The notes: generated from the sequence alone by a model not told the origin. Positions 1 through 14,490 are shown, numbered from the stretch's first letter. The stretch: DNA of 64,000 nucleotides from Mytilus edulis (GCF_963676685.1 NC_092346.1:104284001-104348000); one strand, 5' to 3'. Program-made: numbers and translations.

Positions 1-1591
1 TTTCAGTTGCCAGACATCCTTAATTAATGAATTGTACAATTCCATTATGCATTTTGATCATACAGTGATCCTTCACCAATCAGAAATAATATATATACAA
101 CATGTACAACTTATTCAAGTTATTGACAAAAGATTAATTTTTCAAAAGTTTTTGTTTAAAAGTCAGTTTGTATTGTTTCTCTAAAAAATAGGTTTTTATT
201 GCATAAGTTTTAGTTTTAAGCAGCCTATTCACCCTATACCAGTCACTTCATTTCATGAAATATACTTTTTTAATATAAAATATATAGTATGAAACAGACA
301 TGTATCTTACATTTTGTAGATAACAATTTGTTTTGTAATAGTTTGTTAATTGGTCAATTAATTGATACTAAAATTTAAGAATTCTAGTGCTTTCTGGAAT
401 TTAATTTACGACCAAAGAATTTCCCTTAGAAAAACACTCCTGTGTCATTTAATGTTACTATCTTTAGATAATGCAATTGTGTAGATATACAAAAGATATG
501 AACTCATATAAGTATCTCTTTAATTTACCTGTCAATCTGACAAAACTTTACACCGTACAAAGTTTATTCAAATTATCTATATTCATGACAGGACAGGTTT
601 CTGGAGTATTTTCATGTAAATGACCTACAATGAATAAACATTATAAAACAGGTCAAACAAAATACATTCACTGAGAAAAACACAAACAAGGTTTTCAGAA
701 AATTAATGATTTTACAATGATAGGTAGTTTGTCTTGTTTGAACAGATTCTTCCAACAAATATCTTTATTTAATATCATTAAGACCAGTATTGAAATATGT
801 GCTAAGAATGGCCCTATACATGTTTTTTTTTGTTTTTTATAGTTTAAGACATTTTTACATTGGATATAAAAGGTGTATCATATTAGTAAATTAAAAAAAA
901 TGTTTTTCTCAGACCTACTTGTATGTTTTAGATTCTGTACAAGCCTCCATAGTAGACATATCAAAAACTTTACTGAACAGATGAGCATTTTCTTATTTAT
1001 TCCTCCATTCCTTCAAACTTTTCCAGTAAATTTAGAATTTATAGAAAACATTTCTTATTACAGTTTCTTATTATTTCTTTAGCATTTCTTAACATTTCTG
1101 TTGCAATGTTCATTTCAAATATTACCTTAATGATGATGGCTCCTGCAATGGCTGCACAGTTCTAGATTTTTCTCTGAATAATTCCTCTTTTCCAAACTTG
1201 ATTGGTCCAACCAGGTAACTATTATACTGACAACACAAAATATTACTAACAGTTATATTTGATCTAAGAAATTTACCATGTTTACCTGAAATATGCATCA
1301 ATTGTATCTATGTTTAAAATTTGATTTATACAAGATAAATTGAAACACTGTTAATTTTATTTCTAGATTACTACTAAACATACTTAAATTCTGATTGTCA
1401 CAAAATCTCCACATACACCAAGTTTACGTACATGTACATATGCATGTAAATAAATCTGTATGTGTTTTGTAACTATACATGGAAATAATATTAAAATTAC
1501 ATCAGTTAGCTTTGTTCATATTTATGTTTTAAAGAAATCAGTCATTTTATAAGGATCTTGATCGTCTTAATTATTCTGCTAAATTATGAAA

Positions 1592-1856
1592 AACAAGAAT
1601 GTGTCCCAAGTACACGGATGCCCCACTCGCATCATTTTCTATGTTCAGTGGACCGTGAAATTGGGGTAAAAACTCTTATTTGGCATTAAAATTAGAAAGA
1701 TCATATCATAGGGAACATGTGTACAAAGTTTCAAGTTGATTGGACTTCAACTTCATCAAAAACTACCTTGACTGCAACTTTAACCTGAAGCGGGACGAAC
1801 GGATGGACGAACAGACCAGAAAACATATTATTACTATTGTAGGTGGGGCATAAAAA
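1592..1856 (+). mobile_element. Short non-autonomous Helentron/HINE-type (pearl-like) element
   Basis: Starts AACAAG, has a GACG/GACA-type microsatellite near its 3' end (1794-1816) and ends GGTGGGGCATAAAAA, the usual layout of bivalve HINE elements. Confidence 0.6.
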
Positions 1857-3334
1857 TCTAAAATTATCATTGGTTCTGTGGTCTACTGAATAGCTGCTTT
1901 CAACAATTCATAAAGATCATGAAGATAGAAGACAGTTATTTTTACTGATTCTGATGTTATTATTCTTTTTTAGTCAGATATATTGTTATCACTGTGTGAT
2001 AACAGATTTTTTAACATATATGTACAAATGTACTTAAAACATAAATTTCAAGTCACAACTTGTGTATTGGAAGAAATGTAATCACTTTTTTGTATTTTCT
2101 AAAAAGGATAAGATTTCACTTGTTCTTTTATGAATAGCAATATATCATTTACTTCAGATAATATATGTTTTTTTCACATAAATATGAGATTACAATATGT
2201 ATGCTGTAGAATAAATAAAGCTAAGTTTCAATTTCAAAATTGTAATTAGTAGTAAGTCATACCAAGTTCCTTACTGAAATTAGATATATCAAATCAAAGC
2301 AATTTAAAGCATTTAATATTTTTATGAGTTGTTTTTTAACATACCGTCAACCTTGCATATGATATTTTTACAAGTAACTAAATTTCAATAATAGGTTTAT
2401 TATTTGAAGTAATAACCATGTCATGCAATCAAAATATAAGATCTTTTGTAAAACCCCAAAAGAGCAAAACAAAGACGGTGGAATTTCAAGTTGAAAATGT
2501 GTCGATAACATACAAACTTATTTTTACATATGTCAAATTCAAAAATATGACTTAACAATATTTTTGTTTTTGTAAACTATAAATAAGCTCCAAATCCCAA
2601 TATCTATAAACAGGTCTGACTAAGGTTGTGTATCAGAACGAGGTTTGAACCACGTCATTGGCAATGTGAAATCCCAGATTTTGATTAATGAACAATTTAA
2701 AACCTAAAAATAAAATTGCAAAATAAAACTGATGAAATATAGCTATATATATAGAAAAATCAATGAATCTGGAATTTAAATTGATAAGATTAGCCTGGTT
2801 ATTTTCAAATAATTAAAAAAAAATAATAATAAATTGTCCCACATTCATTGACATTGTGCATGTTGTGAAATAGAAATTTGTAGATATATACATTGTAGAT
2901 TACCAATTGCAGAAATATACATTATTTAGTATTTACATGTGTAATAAAAACAGTATAGCAACCATATAGGATAATTTGATAAATCTGAAATAAGAGTGCC
3001 ATCAATTACTGTTACTTTCTAAATGAAGGAAAGTGAAATATACTGTAACTGTTCATCAGGGCAAACATGGGGAAACACACTTTATTTCAAACATGCTTCT
3101 TGTCAAACATTTTTATTCTGAAATTGACTTCTCTATGGTCAGGTTGTTGCCGCTTTGACACATTACCCATTTCCTTTCTCAATTTTATTCCAATCTCATG
3201 AATTACTTGAAATAATGGTTAAATTTGAAAGAAAGAAAATATATATATTGATACAATTGATCATATGCATATATGATTGTCTTAACATAAAGTGATAAAC
3301 CTGAGAAATTGAAAGGAGGAGCTTTTAAAACATA

Positions 3335-3750
3335 GTATAGATTCTACCCCTGCATCGAGTGTGATCTATATTTATCCACTCTAGACATTTAATTTTCAAA
3401 TTTAAAAAACAAGGCTGGCAGTGTTTTAAATATGTAAAATTTAAATGTTGAGAGTGGATAAATATTGTATTACACAAGATTTAGTGTTGGACTCTGTTTC
3501 TCTAAAGATTTTTGAACAATATGCAGGCAAACTTTTTTTTTTCAAATGATCTACAAAAAGATGTTTTCTTTCTACATGTATGTGATGTCATCAGACATAG
3601 TCACCCTTTTTCATGCTGTCTCAATAGGAAAGCAAGAAAATCAACGTCACAATCAAATTTTGACCAGTAAAGAACTGAGATCAAAAGAGCCACACGTTAA
3701 TTAAGTAAAAATAATCAACATGTTAGGAAAAGGATAAATTGTGTAAGAAT
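3335..3750 (+). repeat. Interspersed repeat with internal imperfect palindrome (copy 1)
   Basis: Homologous to 33965-34390 (TAGATTCTAyCmCTGCATCGAGTGTGAT...). ATTTATCCACTCT...AGAGTGGATAAAT forms an inverted pair. Confidence 0.7.
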
Positions 3751-5785
3751 TGTTCATACATGTACAATGTATATGTTAACTTTAATTTAGTATTCACAAA
3801 ATGTAGCTGTAAGTAATCATAATAATATGCACTCTAGATTTAAGTCATCTTCTCCATGATTAAAGAATAACATTGCAAGTGCTCTTGTTGTACTAATTTT
3901 ATAGTATGTAAATTAAGATTTGATATACATGGTATAATTGAAAAAGTTACAACTCTTCACCAGACACCAAATGGCATAGAAGTTTACAACATAAGTCACA
4001 GCTTGGTTTCCAACCATAAGCAAAATACAAACTGATATAAAGCAATAAAAAACCCAAACTAACTGCATGATTTATATACAAAACCATTGAAAGAGAAAAC
4101 AAATATGATATACAGCAACAAACAACAACCACAAAATTACATATTCCTGTCTTCTGACAGGCACATAGTTTATACAGAATGGTGTTGGGTTAAACTTGTT
4201 GATGCCACCTCCCCCCCCAAACCTGAGTTAGTTGTGTATAATTACAATATAAGAACAAACTATGCAATTTTGTAAGGTTTTGTGGAACCCTGCGTCTTGC
4301 CTGCAACACAGTGTAAAAGTGCAATGTTGACTTAAAAAGTTAATCCATTTTTCAGGAAAAATACAGATTAAAAAATATTTAAAAAAAACTATCGATACTA
4401 CATTTTTTTTTTATTTTTAGGGCATGCAGATAAGCTTTTGTCCAAGTTTTATAAAAATCTATGAAGATTTAATTTAAATACTAATTATGTAAACAATTGT
4501 TCTGTAACTAATTCATCATTTATTCTTCATGTGATCATCATTTTATATTGTTAACGTTTCATTGCGTACATCGCTTTATGAGCGCCAGTTTTAGGAGTTT
4601 TATACAGGACAATGTAGGAATCCGTATTACTTTCCCCTCTCTTCTGAGTGACGAAACTGCTCAGCGAGTCGTGTGCACAACTACAAGGAACATTCATCGG
4701 ACATGTTGTCTAAAGGAACAATTCATGGCTAACCACAGCGTGAGTTACATTTAAAACATTACAAATCATGTCTTTACATTAGCGATGAACTGTTTTAATA
4801 TATTTTCCTATGTTATAAAGAAACTATGATCATTTTACCGTTCAAAGTGTTCGTATCTGCGATAACACAATTTAATTCAAGACAGAACCCGACGTGTGCA
4901 AGAATATTCATCTATATATTATTATAAAGAACTTTAACAGCTTTATATATCTACGAACTTTTTATCCGTATTTTTAATGGACTTTAATTATCATTGAACA
5001 CATTGTAAAATTGTATTTATATTTGTATTTTCAGTTTTTCACCATTTGGATAGGGTAGTGAAATAAAAGTCAGCTCCTGATTGTTTTATCTTTACTTAAA
5101 CCCAGTCATCTTGGTTACACTCACTGGTGCGGCCAGTACAACAATCTATTCAAAACTTTCAGTAAAAAAAAACCACCACAAAACACAAAATCTTTACATG
5201 TACATTGACCAATGAACTGTGAAAATAAGTCAAGCTCATAAGAAACCAGCCAAAACAGAAATGTACAGCTAACATTATTTCATACACCGAACTTAACTGA
5301 CTTATTAATACATGTATATGTATATAATAAACAGAGCAAAAACACAAAAATTTAACTTTTATCATTGAACTTTGAAAATGAGGTCAAGGTGAAATGACAC
5401 CTGCATGTACAATGTACCAACTGGAAATGTACACCTCTTAATCATTCCATATACCAAACATAGTACTAGTACACCTATTGCCTATAGTTTCTGAGATATG
5501 GACTTGACCAAAAAAACCTTAACCTTTTTCACTGATCCATGAAACGAGGTAGAGGTTGAGTGAAAACTGTCTGACAGACATGAAGATTTTGTAAAAACCA
5601 AATATAGTTATTCTATTACTCATATTAAGAGGGAAATTAACATTTATACAAAATATCTTATCTCTTTTTCAAGTTTTCACTTATCTATGAAAATGAGGAC
5701 AATGGACATATGACAGACACTTCATAATATAAGGTGTCTATAAACAAAGTATGAAGTGTCCAGGTCTTCTACCTTCTGAAATATA

Positions 5786-7068
5786 AACTAGAGGCTCTAA
5801 AGAGCCTGTGTTGCTCACCTTGGTCGATGTGCAAATTTAACAAAGGAAGCAGATGGATTCATGACAAAACTGTGTTTTGGTGATCCTTGGTGATGGTGAT
5901 GCGTTTGTAGATCTTACTTTACTAAACATCCTTGATGCTTACAATTTTCTCTAGCTATAATGAACTTGGCCAAGTAGTTTCGGTGGAATATTTTGTAAAA
6001 ATTTACAAAATTTATGAAAATTGTTAAAAATTGATTATAAAGAGCAATAACTCCTTAAGGGATCAATTGACCATTTTGTTCATTTTGACTTATTTGTAGG
6101 TCTTACTTTGCTGTACATTATTGCTGTTTCCAGTTTATCTCTATCTATAATAATATTCAAAATAATAACCAAAAGCTGAAATTTTTTCTTAAAATTACCA
6201 ATTCAGGAGCAGCCACCCAACAACAGATTGCCTGAATGGTCTAAAAATTTAAGGGTAGATAGATCTTGACGGGAAATTTTTTTTTAAAGATTTGCGCGAA
6301 ATGCTTTTGGTTTAGATATACATGTACATGCATGAGCCAAAAACTGCATTTTACCCTATGTACTTTTATTAGCCATGTCAGCCACTTTGGTTCACTGGCT
6401 GGGTCATCAGACACAATTTTTAAACTACTTAGCCTAATGATGATTGTTTACAACTATGGTTAAATTCATCTTAGTAGTTTCAGGAGAATATTTTTGTAAA
6501 AGATAACAAAAATTTATGAAAAATTGTTAAAAATTGACTACAGTATAAAAGGCAATAACTCCTTATGGGGTCAACTGACCATTTTGGTCATGTTAACTTG
6601 TTTGTAGAACTTACTTACTTTGCTGAACATTATTGCTGTTTACAGTTTATCTCTATCTATAATAATATTCAAGATAATAACCAAAAACAGCAAAATGTCT
6701 TTAAAATTACCAATTCAGGGGCAGCAACCCAACAACAGGTTGTCCAATTCATCTGAAAATTTCAGGGCAGATAGATCTTGACCTGACAAACATGTTTACT
6801 CCCATGTCAGATTTGCTCTAAATGCTTTAGTTTTTGAGTTATAAGCCAAAAACTGCATTTTACCCCTATGTTCTATTTTTAGTCATGGCGGCCATCTTGG
6901 TTGGTTGGCCAGGTCACCGGAATCATTTTTTTAAACTAGATACCCCAATGATAATTGTGGCCAAGTCTGGTTTAATTTGGCCCAGTAGTTTCAGAGGAGA
7001 TTTTTGTAAAAGTTAACGACGACGGACGCCATACGCAAAGTGATGAGAAAAGCTCACTTGAGCTAAAA
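5786..7068 (+). mobile_element. HINE-type element carrying two ~520-bp internal tandem units
   Basis: Starts AACTAGAGGCTCTAAAGAGCC (hairpin), 5990-6500 is repeated at 6500-7010, GACG microsatellite at 7017-7029, ends AGCTCACTTGAGCTAAAAA. Confidence 0.65.
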
Positions 7069-7565
7069 ATGAAAATGGAAATAGGGAATGTGTCAAAAAG
7101 AAAAAAAACCTGAACAAAGAGTAGAAAAAAGCTGAAAGCCACTAATGTGTCTTCATTACAGCAAGAAAATCCCACACTTGGAGGTGTGCTTCAGCTGGCC
7201 CCAAAACAAAAATAAGTACTAGTTCAGTGAAAATGGATGTCATACTAAACTCCAGAAATATATAAAAGAAACTAAAATTAAAAGCATACAACACTAACTA
7301 AGGCCAGAGGCTCTTGACTTGGGACAGGTGTAAAAATGCAGCAGAGTTAAACATGTTTTTTTAGATCTCAACCCTCCCCTATACCTCCAGCCAATGTAGA
7401 AAAAACAAACACACAGCAAAACACACAGTAAAACTCAGTTTAAAAGAAGTCTGAGTCCAATTTCAGAATAGGTAACAAAAGAAACTTAATAAAATGACAA
7501 TGATATATAAATTAACAAAAGACTACTAACAGTCACTGACATGCCGGCTCTAGACCTCAATTCGC
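7065..7565 (+). repeat. Abundant interspersed repeat family A (AAAATTGAGAATGGAAATGGGGAATGTG...)
   Basis: Related copies on the opposite strand at about 29745-29950, 33830-33950, 49538-49768 and 56130-56620, plus fragments at 3130-3190, 34664-34715 and 52880-52940. Confidence 0.7.
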
Positions 7566-10032
7566 CTTTTCAGAATCTAAAGGACTATGGGTAATATCAT
7601 TGTTTGTACACAAAAATGGAAATATAACACCATGTCATTGTTTGAATTTCCATAGTTTAGAATGTTTAAACCAATGACAACGTTTTGGTGTACGTTTTTA
7701 AAAATATTAGCCAGAATCCATTACATTCTAAAACGTTGAAATATACTGATTGAAAGATAATGTCTTCATCATATGAATTATATCAAGCACAATCAATCCC
7801 GTTATGTATCATTCCAAGTATAAACAGAGCACTAGAAAACAAAGTTCTGATTTAGGCAAAAGAGATGTTGTAGACCTGGAGATATAAAGGTAGTCTACCT
7901 AGTTGAGTAAGGGGAGATCTTATTTTTCACACCATTTTTACCTCTATTATGAAAATCTGCCCCCTATCCAATATGGCCGAACTAACCGTGAAGAGCCCTA
8001 TTGGTTAGAGCACTGCCTTTAGATCCTGAGATTGAGGGTTTAAATCCCACTGGTACCATCCATGGATTTTACCATCAGAGATGTCCCTAATTTGAGGATA
8101 CATTACATTTTTTTGGGAACTATTACCTACGTGTATTTGGAGAGTTGTCCGCAACCTGATTACCTGTTTAAATTACATTGTGACAATTATTCGGATATAT
8201 CGCCTCAATCGCCGTGTTTCGGCATTTAACTATATTGTTTAGCTTATCCATCGGTAGAACTGCGAAAACGTCGAATGGCAATCGCTGTTGGAAAGCTTAA
8301 TGTCATATTGAAATTACTATTTCCATTGTTTTTGTTCGACTATCTCGTTTTTTTTCAAATTGAGCGGCTTTCTCTAACGCTGATTTACAGGCTCTTTGAT
8401 GCGCTTATTGCAAGTACGATAACTCTAATTTACCGGAAATGTACATTTCAAGGGAAGTTACTCTTTCACTCATTTGAATTTTATTTGACATATGGACAGT
8501 TCAAAATGTATATTAGTGAATATTTCTTATAAATTCATTAATCATGGTTTATTAAAAAGTAAAATAATGAAAATACCAAACTCCACGGAAAATTTGGTTT
8601 GTAAAGTCTCTTACATTTTGTTTGTGCATTATGTTTGTTTATACAATCATGTAGGGTCTAGATGATGATATATTGAAATACAAAAAGTTTCAAAAAATTC
8701 AAAAGTTTCAAATGTTTGTATCCACATAAAATCTATAGAACACTGTCGTCTATTTATCTAAACTTCCGATCTTTAAACTTGAACAGTTATTTTAGTATTT
8801 TAGGGGGGGGGGGGGGGGGGGTGTTAAAAGAGATATTAAAATTATAATAATAAAAAATTTTGGACAGTTTTTAAATCTTGAAAATTTAAGATAATTTGAA
8901 ATTTAGTATTTTGTCGAAATTTGCATATGGTTTAATAGTTTGTAAGTGAATACATTACTTAGATACGCATCGGTAATATTTTTCTTTTGTTGAATTACTA
9001 TTTCAAAGTGCTTCCTTGTGTGTTACATTTATATATTGTCTCTTTTAAATAACCAAAGAATGTAACGCAACAACAGACATTATATGACAACTCGTAAGCA
9101 TATTGACTTCCTGTTCAATTTCTATCGGTTCTCTTATTACTAGCCTGACTGTGTCTACATTTTTTTCTTTTACCTTTTCGGCTGTTTTTAATAAGCTTTG
9201 GATTTTCAAATATTTTGACCTGAGCATCACTGAAGAGACGTTTAATATTAAAAGGAAAGGCGAATCTGGTGCAAAACATGGTACAACAATGTTATTTGCT
9301 TTGTTTTGTTCCCTGTTAGAATTTCAACCGTTTGATTCACAAACTACCATCAAATTTAAATATGACAAGTAAACCAATTTCAGAATTGACAATGCGTTTT
9401 CGATTTCTCATTTAAATGATTCAGCAAACAATTTGTTTCTTATTCGGGCTATATATATTTATTTGCATATAATCTGAATAAAATATAATCATAGTTACTT
9501 CTTCTGATGTTATGAGTTTCTTATCGTCTTATTTCCAAAATCACAAAACGTCAGATGATGGAGTAAATATTGCTTTAAACAGTATGTTTCTAGTGAAATT
9601 TTAATTAAGAAAAATACTCTTTAACAAAATTTTATTTGTAATCAATAAAACTAGTCTAAATCATACATTTATACATGCAGTCATTCAATCCTTTAGTCTT
9701 TAGGTTTCAATGTAAATTGACAAGATGATATTTGAACTTGCACACACAAGGTTTTGTTATGATATGATAATACATAAGCACAAAATGAAAAAAAATCGTA
9801 ATAAATACAGGTTTCACGTCTTATGAGATACAATAAAAAAATGCATACTCTAACATATCTTAGGCAAGTTTTCATACATCTATAATATACATCAAAAGAT
9901 TCAGATAATTACCACGAAGGTCATTTAAATGATAAAACGTATAAAGGCTGTTTTCAGTTTCAATTGAACAACGTATCAGTTTCAAAATAATCACTGCGGT
10001 ATTAAGATTTACATAAAAGTTATTCTTTTTGT

Positions 10033-11190
10033 TTAACTGTTCGACTTCTCAATACTTTCTTTTTTGTTTTTTCTGTCTCTCTTCCGTTGAGCTATAACAT
10101 CAGGATCAAGATGTAAATCTGGATAACCATCCTCATCTGAAATCAAATGAAACCCTGTATTAACAGTGACACATTCGGTTTTTAAATTTAATTTTGTTGG
10201 CTGTTATAGAATGTTTATGCTGCCCATGACATTTGATAAACTCAGGTTGCCTATCTTTAGTCTGTCCTCTTCTGGTTTGTGATATTTTTTCCAGATTTCA
10301 GCCTGGACTAAGATGATGACTTATATTTATGTTATAAAGCACTTACGATCATCACCGGTGTAAAAATTATTGGTAGAATGCAGTTAAGATTTACAGGAAC
10401 AGAAAGCCAGACAAGAAAGAAAAAGTGTACATCACACGAAATATAAATATATCCAGTTATATACGTACGACAATATATAATTTTAAAATTGGTGTACTAA
10501 ATCTTATGCTTTTGGCTTTGTTTTTGTATTTTGTTTACTATTTTCACGCTGGTCTTGTAGTCGTACTTAATCATCTTTTTAACGATTACATTTACGAGGT
10601 TGCTGTTTCATTATTAATCAATTTCAATTAGGCTTGTATTGACCACTACTGTTATGTCGTTTGCCTTTTTAAGTTAATTTGTTATCATTTTTTTTTCATT
10701 TTCCTGCCGATTTTAATATTACGTACACATATTTTTCCCTCGCCGCGATATAGCCTTTTTGTGCTAATGCGGCGTAAAGCAACCAACAATCAATCAATCA
10801 ATCACATATTTTTCCCTAGGTGTTTGACATGTTAATACAATTTGCAGTTGTTTACTGTTAACACCGATTGGTCCCTTAGGAAGTTTATCGATACAATTTT
10901 TGCATTATTTTTGAATATCAATACTTTATCACTCCTAATATTTTATTGATAAAAAATCTTAAAATTTATGATAACTTTTTCATTCATGCTGCAAACGACT
11001 TTTGAGTTATGCAATACAACGACGAATTATATTTTAACTTACCATCAGACGGAATCGAGTCCTGTTCGTTTTCCTTCGCTTTTGGTAATTTTTTATTTAG
11101 TTCTACTGCAACAACTTTAGAGGCGCCATGTGATGTTATATTATCATCTATATCACATTTCCTTTTCACAGGATCTCTAGCATCCGCCAT
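10033..11190 (-). CDS. Candidate two-exon 83-aa acidic/basic protein, join(11190..11043,10136..10033)
   Basis: Start context AAAATGGCGG, donor G|GTAAGT after 11043, acceptor TTTCATTTGATTTCAG before 10136. Phases are compatible and give ...DSIPSD-DEDGYPDLHLDPDVIAQRKRDRKNKKESIEKSNS*. No recognised domain. Confidence 0.5.
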
Positions 11191-12069
11191 TTTAAAGTTA
11201 TTATTGATACACACGTCACTCCCTGCTAAAAATTTCCTCTTCATTGCCTACAAACAACATATTAAAAATAGTTCAGGTAAAGGAAATTATTCTTTGTTTA
11301 TTTCAACGTGACTGCAATTGATTTAGATATTTAAACACAGCCTTGTTATTTTTATTCTTATATATACAAAAATAAAGAGAATTTATACACATACACACAC
11401 CCACACATATATTCAAATGTTTAAATGTCTGATTTGAAACGTAAACTAGTAGTATGTTTTGAATTAATATTATTTAACATGTTAACTTAAATTACATAGG
11501 ATTTAGTAATTGTATATACCTTTCAATAGTATCCGGATCCGGAGTAATTCTATTTGGGGACAAGGGGAGGGGTTAAAGATAATTTAAGTTTTTAGGTTGA
11601 TTAACATCTACATGTTTTTGACGAAATATCTGTTTTACACTTATCGATGATGGTTATTATAAAGCATTACATTGGTTTAGTTTTGCCTTGTATCACACAC
11701 ATATAAGAACTGACATAAAAGAGATAGTAAAAGGCTTGATACTAACACGCTCAGGTAACTTGACAACACAATCTCGTGATACATTTATTGCATGGTGTCC
11801 CTTTTCTGTTATTTCAACATTTAATTGCCATCATTTAATCAAACAAAGGTAATTCTTATTTATAACTTTGTTGTGTCATATATAGTCTGTGAATAATTCC
11901 CACATGCCAGACAAAATTTGGGGTTCTTTAAACAGATTCTGGAATATCATAAAATGTATTAATAACATCCAATGAAACTGTTCATTTCTTCTTATTTAAC
12001 ATGCAACTTTCAGTCTTATCAATCAATGCTTTACAATCCACAACACTTTCCACATTTTGAAATATTGAT

Positions 12070-12399
12070 ATGTCGAATCCAACTAATATTGACGAGTTTC
12101 ACAGTGACAATATGAATATAGAAACACATGGCTTAGATTGTCAAATAAAAACAGAAATTGGCTTCGTGGATGACAAATACAAAGTTATTGTTATTTTTAT
12201 GGTATGTCTCTGCGGTTTGAAAAAGAGAAACGTTCATAAAGAGTTTAAGATACAAGGATCAACTTATCTAGGTGAAAGCATAGACCTACACATTAGCGGA
12301 AAACACTGTACATATGATACGGAGAGAGTATCACGTTACAAGCAGAAATTTTTGCGACGTTGTTATTGTAGACATGAATCATACTCATACTCAAGATAA
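12070..12399 (+). CDS. Double H-C-CxC motif protein, cluster gene 1 (109 aa, long linker)
   Basis: ATG-started ORF with an acidic N-terminus and HGLDC-x21-CLC-x25-HISGKHC-x17-CYC. Same Cys/His skeleton as the five downstream paralogs. Confidence 0.75.
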   Translation: MSNPTNIDEFHSDNMNIETHGLDCQIKTEIGFVDDKYKVIVIFMVCLCGLKKRNVHKEFKIQGSTYLGESIDLHISGKHCTYDTERVSRYKQKFLRRCYCRHESYSYSR

Positions 12400-14432
12400 G
12401 GCTACAAGTAAAAAGGTATATTATTCTTTTCTTATATATCAACTAAAGTATCAAGAATACAAAACATTGTATGTATAGCGAATAAAAAAATAGTGAACTG
12501 AAAATAGAATGTTTCTGCTTTATCATATTATTCAGTTATTGCTTCTTTTTTTATTAAAAACGTATGACAAAAATCGAACTCCATAGTAAATTAAAAAGAG
12601 AAGGTTCATAAAAACTGACAAAACCGAACATTCAGCTTAGTTGACGGAAAACAATTGTCGTATTCCAAACTTAGAACATATATTTACTGAAGAAAATAAT
12701 GTGTTAAACCTGTTTAAAACCAATCTCATTACACTATAAACCGATAAGATGACATAGGCTTTCTGATTATTGCGCATGTAAATACTATTGTTTTCAAATG
12801 AGAACGTCATTTGGTTAGATGTAACTAATTATTGATGTGTCAACTTAAAAAAATGTTTTGCAATGACAAAGTGGTAATTAGTTACCATTTAGGAGAGAAG
12901 CATATGACGAGTGTCGAATGAAAGATTTTTAGCCGCATGTATTTTTTCATATCTTCTTTTGAAATATTGTCGATATGTCAAAACTTCATTCTAATGCAAT
13001 TCTTATGTAACAATTGTTTTAATTGGCTAAAATTTACCAATATATCTACGCGTCGCCAGTTAAACTGCATTTGCGCCTATTGAAGGTAGCATCATCATCA
13101 ACTACAGTACTGGTATTCTTAAATTATATATTTGTTTAATGTTTTGTTATTGTTTTTTGTTTTATGTCATTTCAAACTAAGTCCTGACGATTTCTGGTTT
13201 TGTTGAACTTATGATTATCGATTTCTAATTAGTTAATTTCTCTCTCTTTTAACTTACAATTATTTGCATTTTCAAATATAACATACACTTTTCATAATTA
13301 CTATACATTTTTACAGGTATAATGAAGAAGCATGACAAAAAGTTCAAATGCCAAGACGAAGCTGAGTTACCATCAAAATAATATTTAATTAATCTGCAAC
13401 TGAACCAGAAAGACAAGTTTGATTTCTTTTGGCACATTTAAAGGATAGGATAGAGATTAAAAAATGTATTCAAAATATGGTTGAACTAATAGCTGCACAG
13501 TTTTACAGATATTTACAAAGTGACGACGGAAAAAAAGAACAGATTTTTAAAAGACTTTTCGAAAGTACATCAATGTTTTCAATTGACGTTTAATTTGTAT
13601 TAGTTATAATTTAAAGAATAAATATTTATTGAAACAAATCTTTAATTATTGTAATAGAGTATATGCCTATTGAATATTGATAAATTTGAATACCAAGGAA
13701 GCTAGTGATTTTGTGCCATTGCCTTTGTACCCAAAATGACAATTTCGTACCTTAAACTTTTCATTTTGTTCACATGAACAAAGCCATATTGTATCACATT
13801 TGACAGCTGCATATACCATTTCGTACGTGTTTTGCATGTCGTTTTATATATTTGATAATTGTTAAAATTTTATACTAACATCGGATTTGGGATATTGTAA
13901 AATAAAGGTTTATCTTAAAATTTAAAAAAATTATCATTTGTTCTGCCTAACATGCATTTAATTTTTTATTTATTTAATGTGTTACTGTTCAGTAGCCGTG
14001 ACAATGATTCATTCCCTTACCTATTCTCGTTTAAAAAATTGATTCCACTACACTATTTAGAAAATCAAATTAATAGAAATTTATCAGTAACCTAAGATAT
14101 GGTTTACAATCAAAATGAAATGTCAAACTGAACATATCGTCTCATAAATAAAGACAACGCTCTTCGAAATTCACAAATCGATTGACAAAAAACAAATCCG
14201 GGTTAAAAACTAAAACAGAGAGAAACACATCAATTATAAGAGGCGAACAATGACACAACACACACACTAAAATGCAACACACACAGAAACTAACTTTAAA
14301 ATAACAATAGCCTTTTTCCTGACTTTGTATAGGATATTTTTAGAAAAAAATGGTGGGTTGAACACTGGAAAATATTGATGGTCTATTACGTTTAAAAATT
14401 CTATGCTGTTCGACTGCGCCGATATAAATAAA

Positions 14433-14490
14433 AAGTAGGAGGAGCTGAAGACTTAACATGATTATATCTTGTTACAACGATATATATAAT
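14433..14490 (+). promoter_or_regulatory. Putative promoter of gene 2 (AAGTAGGAGGAG box plus TATA)
   Basis: AAGTAGGAGGAGCT starts 130 nt before the ATG and is identical to the motif 128 nt before gene 5. TATATATAA at 14481. Confidence 0.5.

Noticed and set aside
913-1110. GIMAP-like coding remnant on the minus strand (KEIIRNCNKKCFL)
   Set aside because: Too short, with several stops and no GTPase motifs nearby.
14437-14444. AGGAGG as a Shine-Dalgarno site or bacterial operon
   Set aside because: It lies more than 110 nt from the ATGs, and the genes have GT-AG introns and TATA boxes in eukaryotic repeat-rich DNA.
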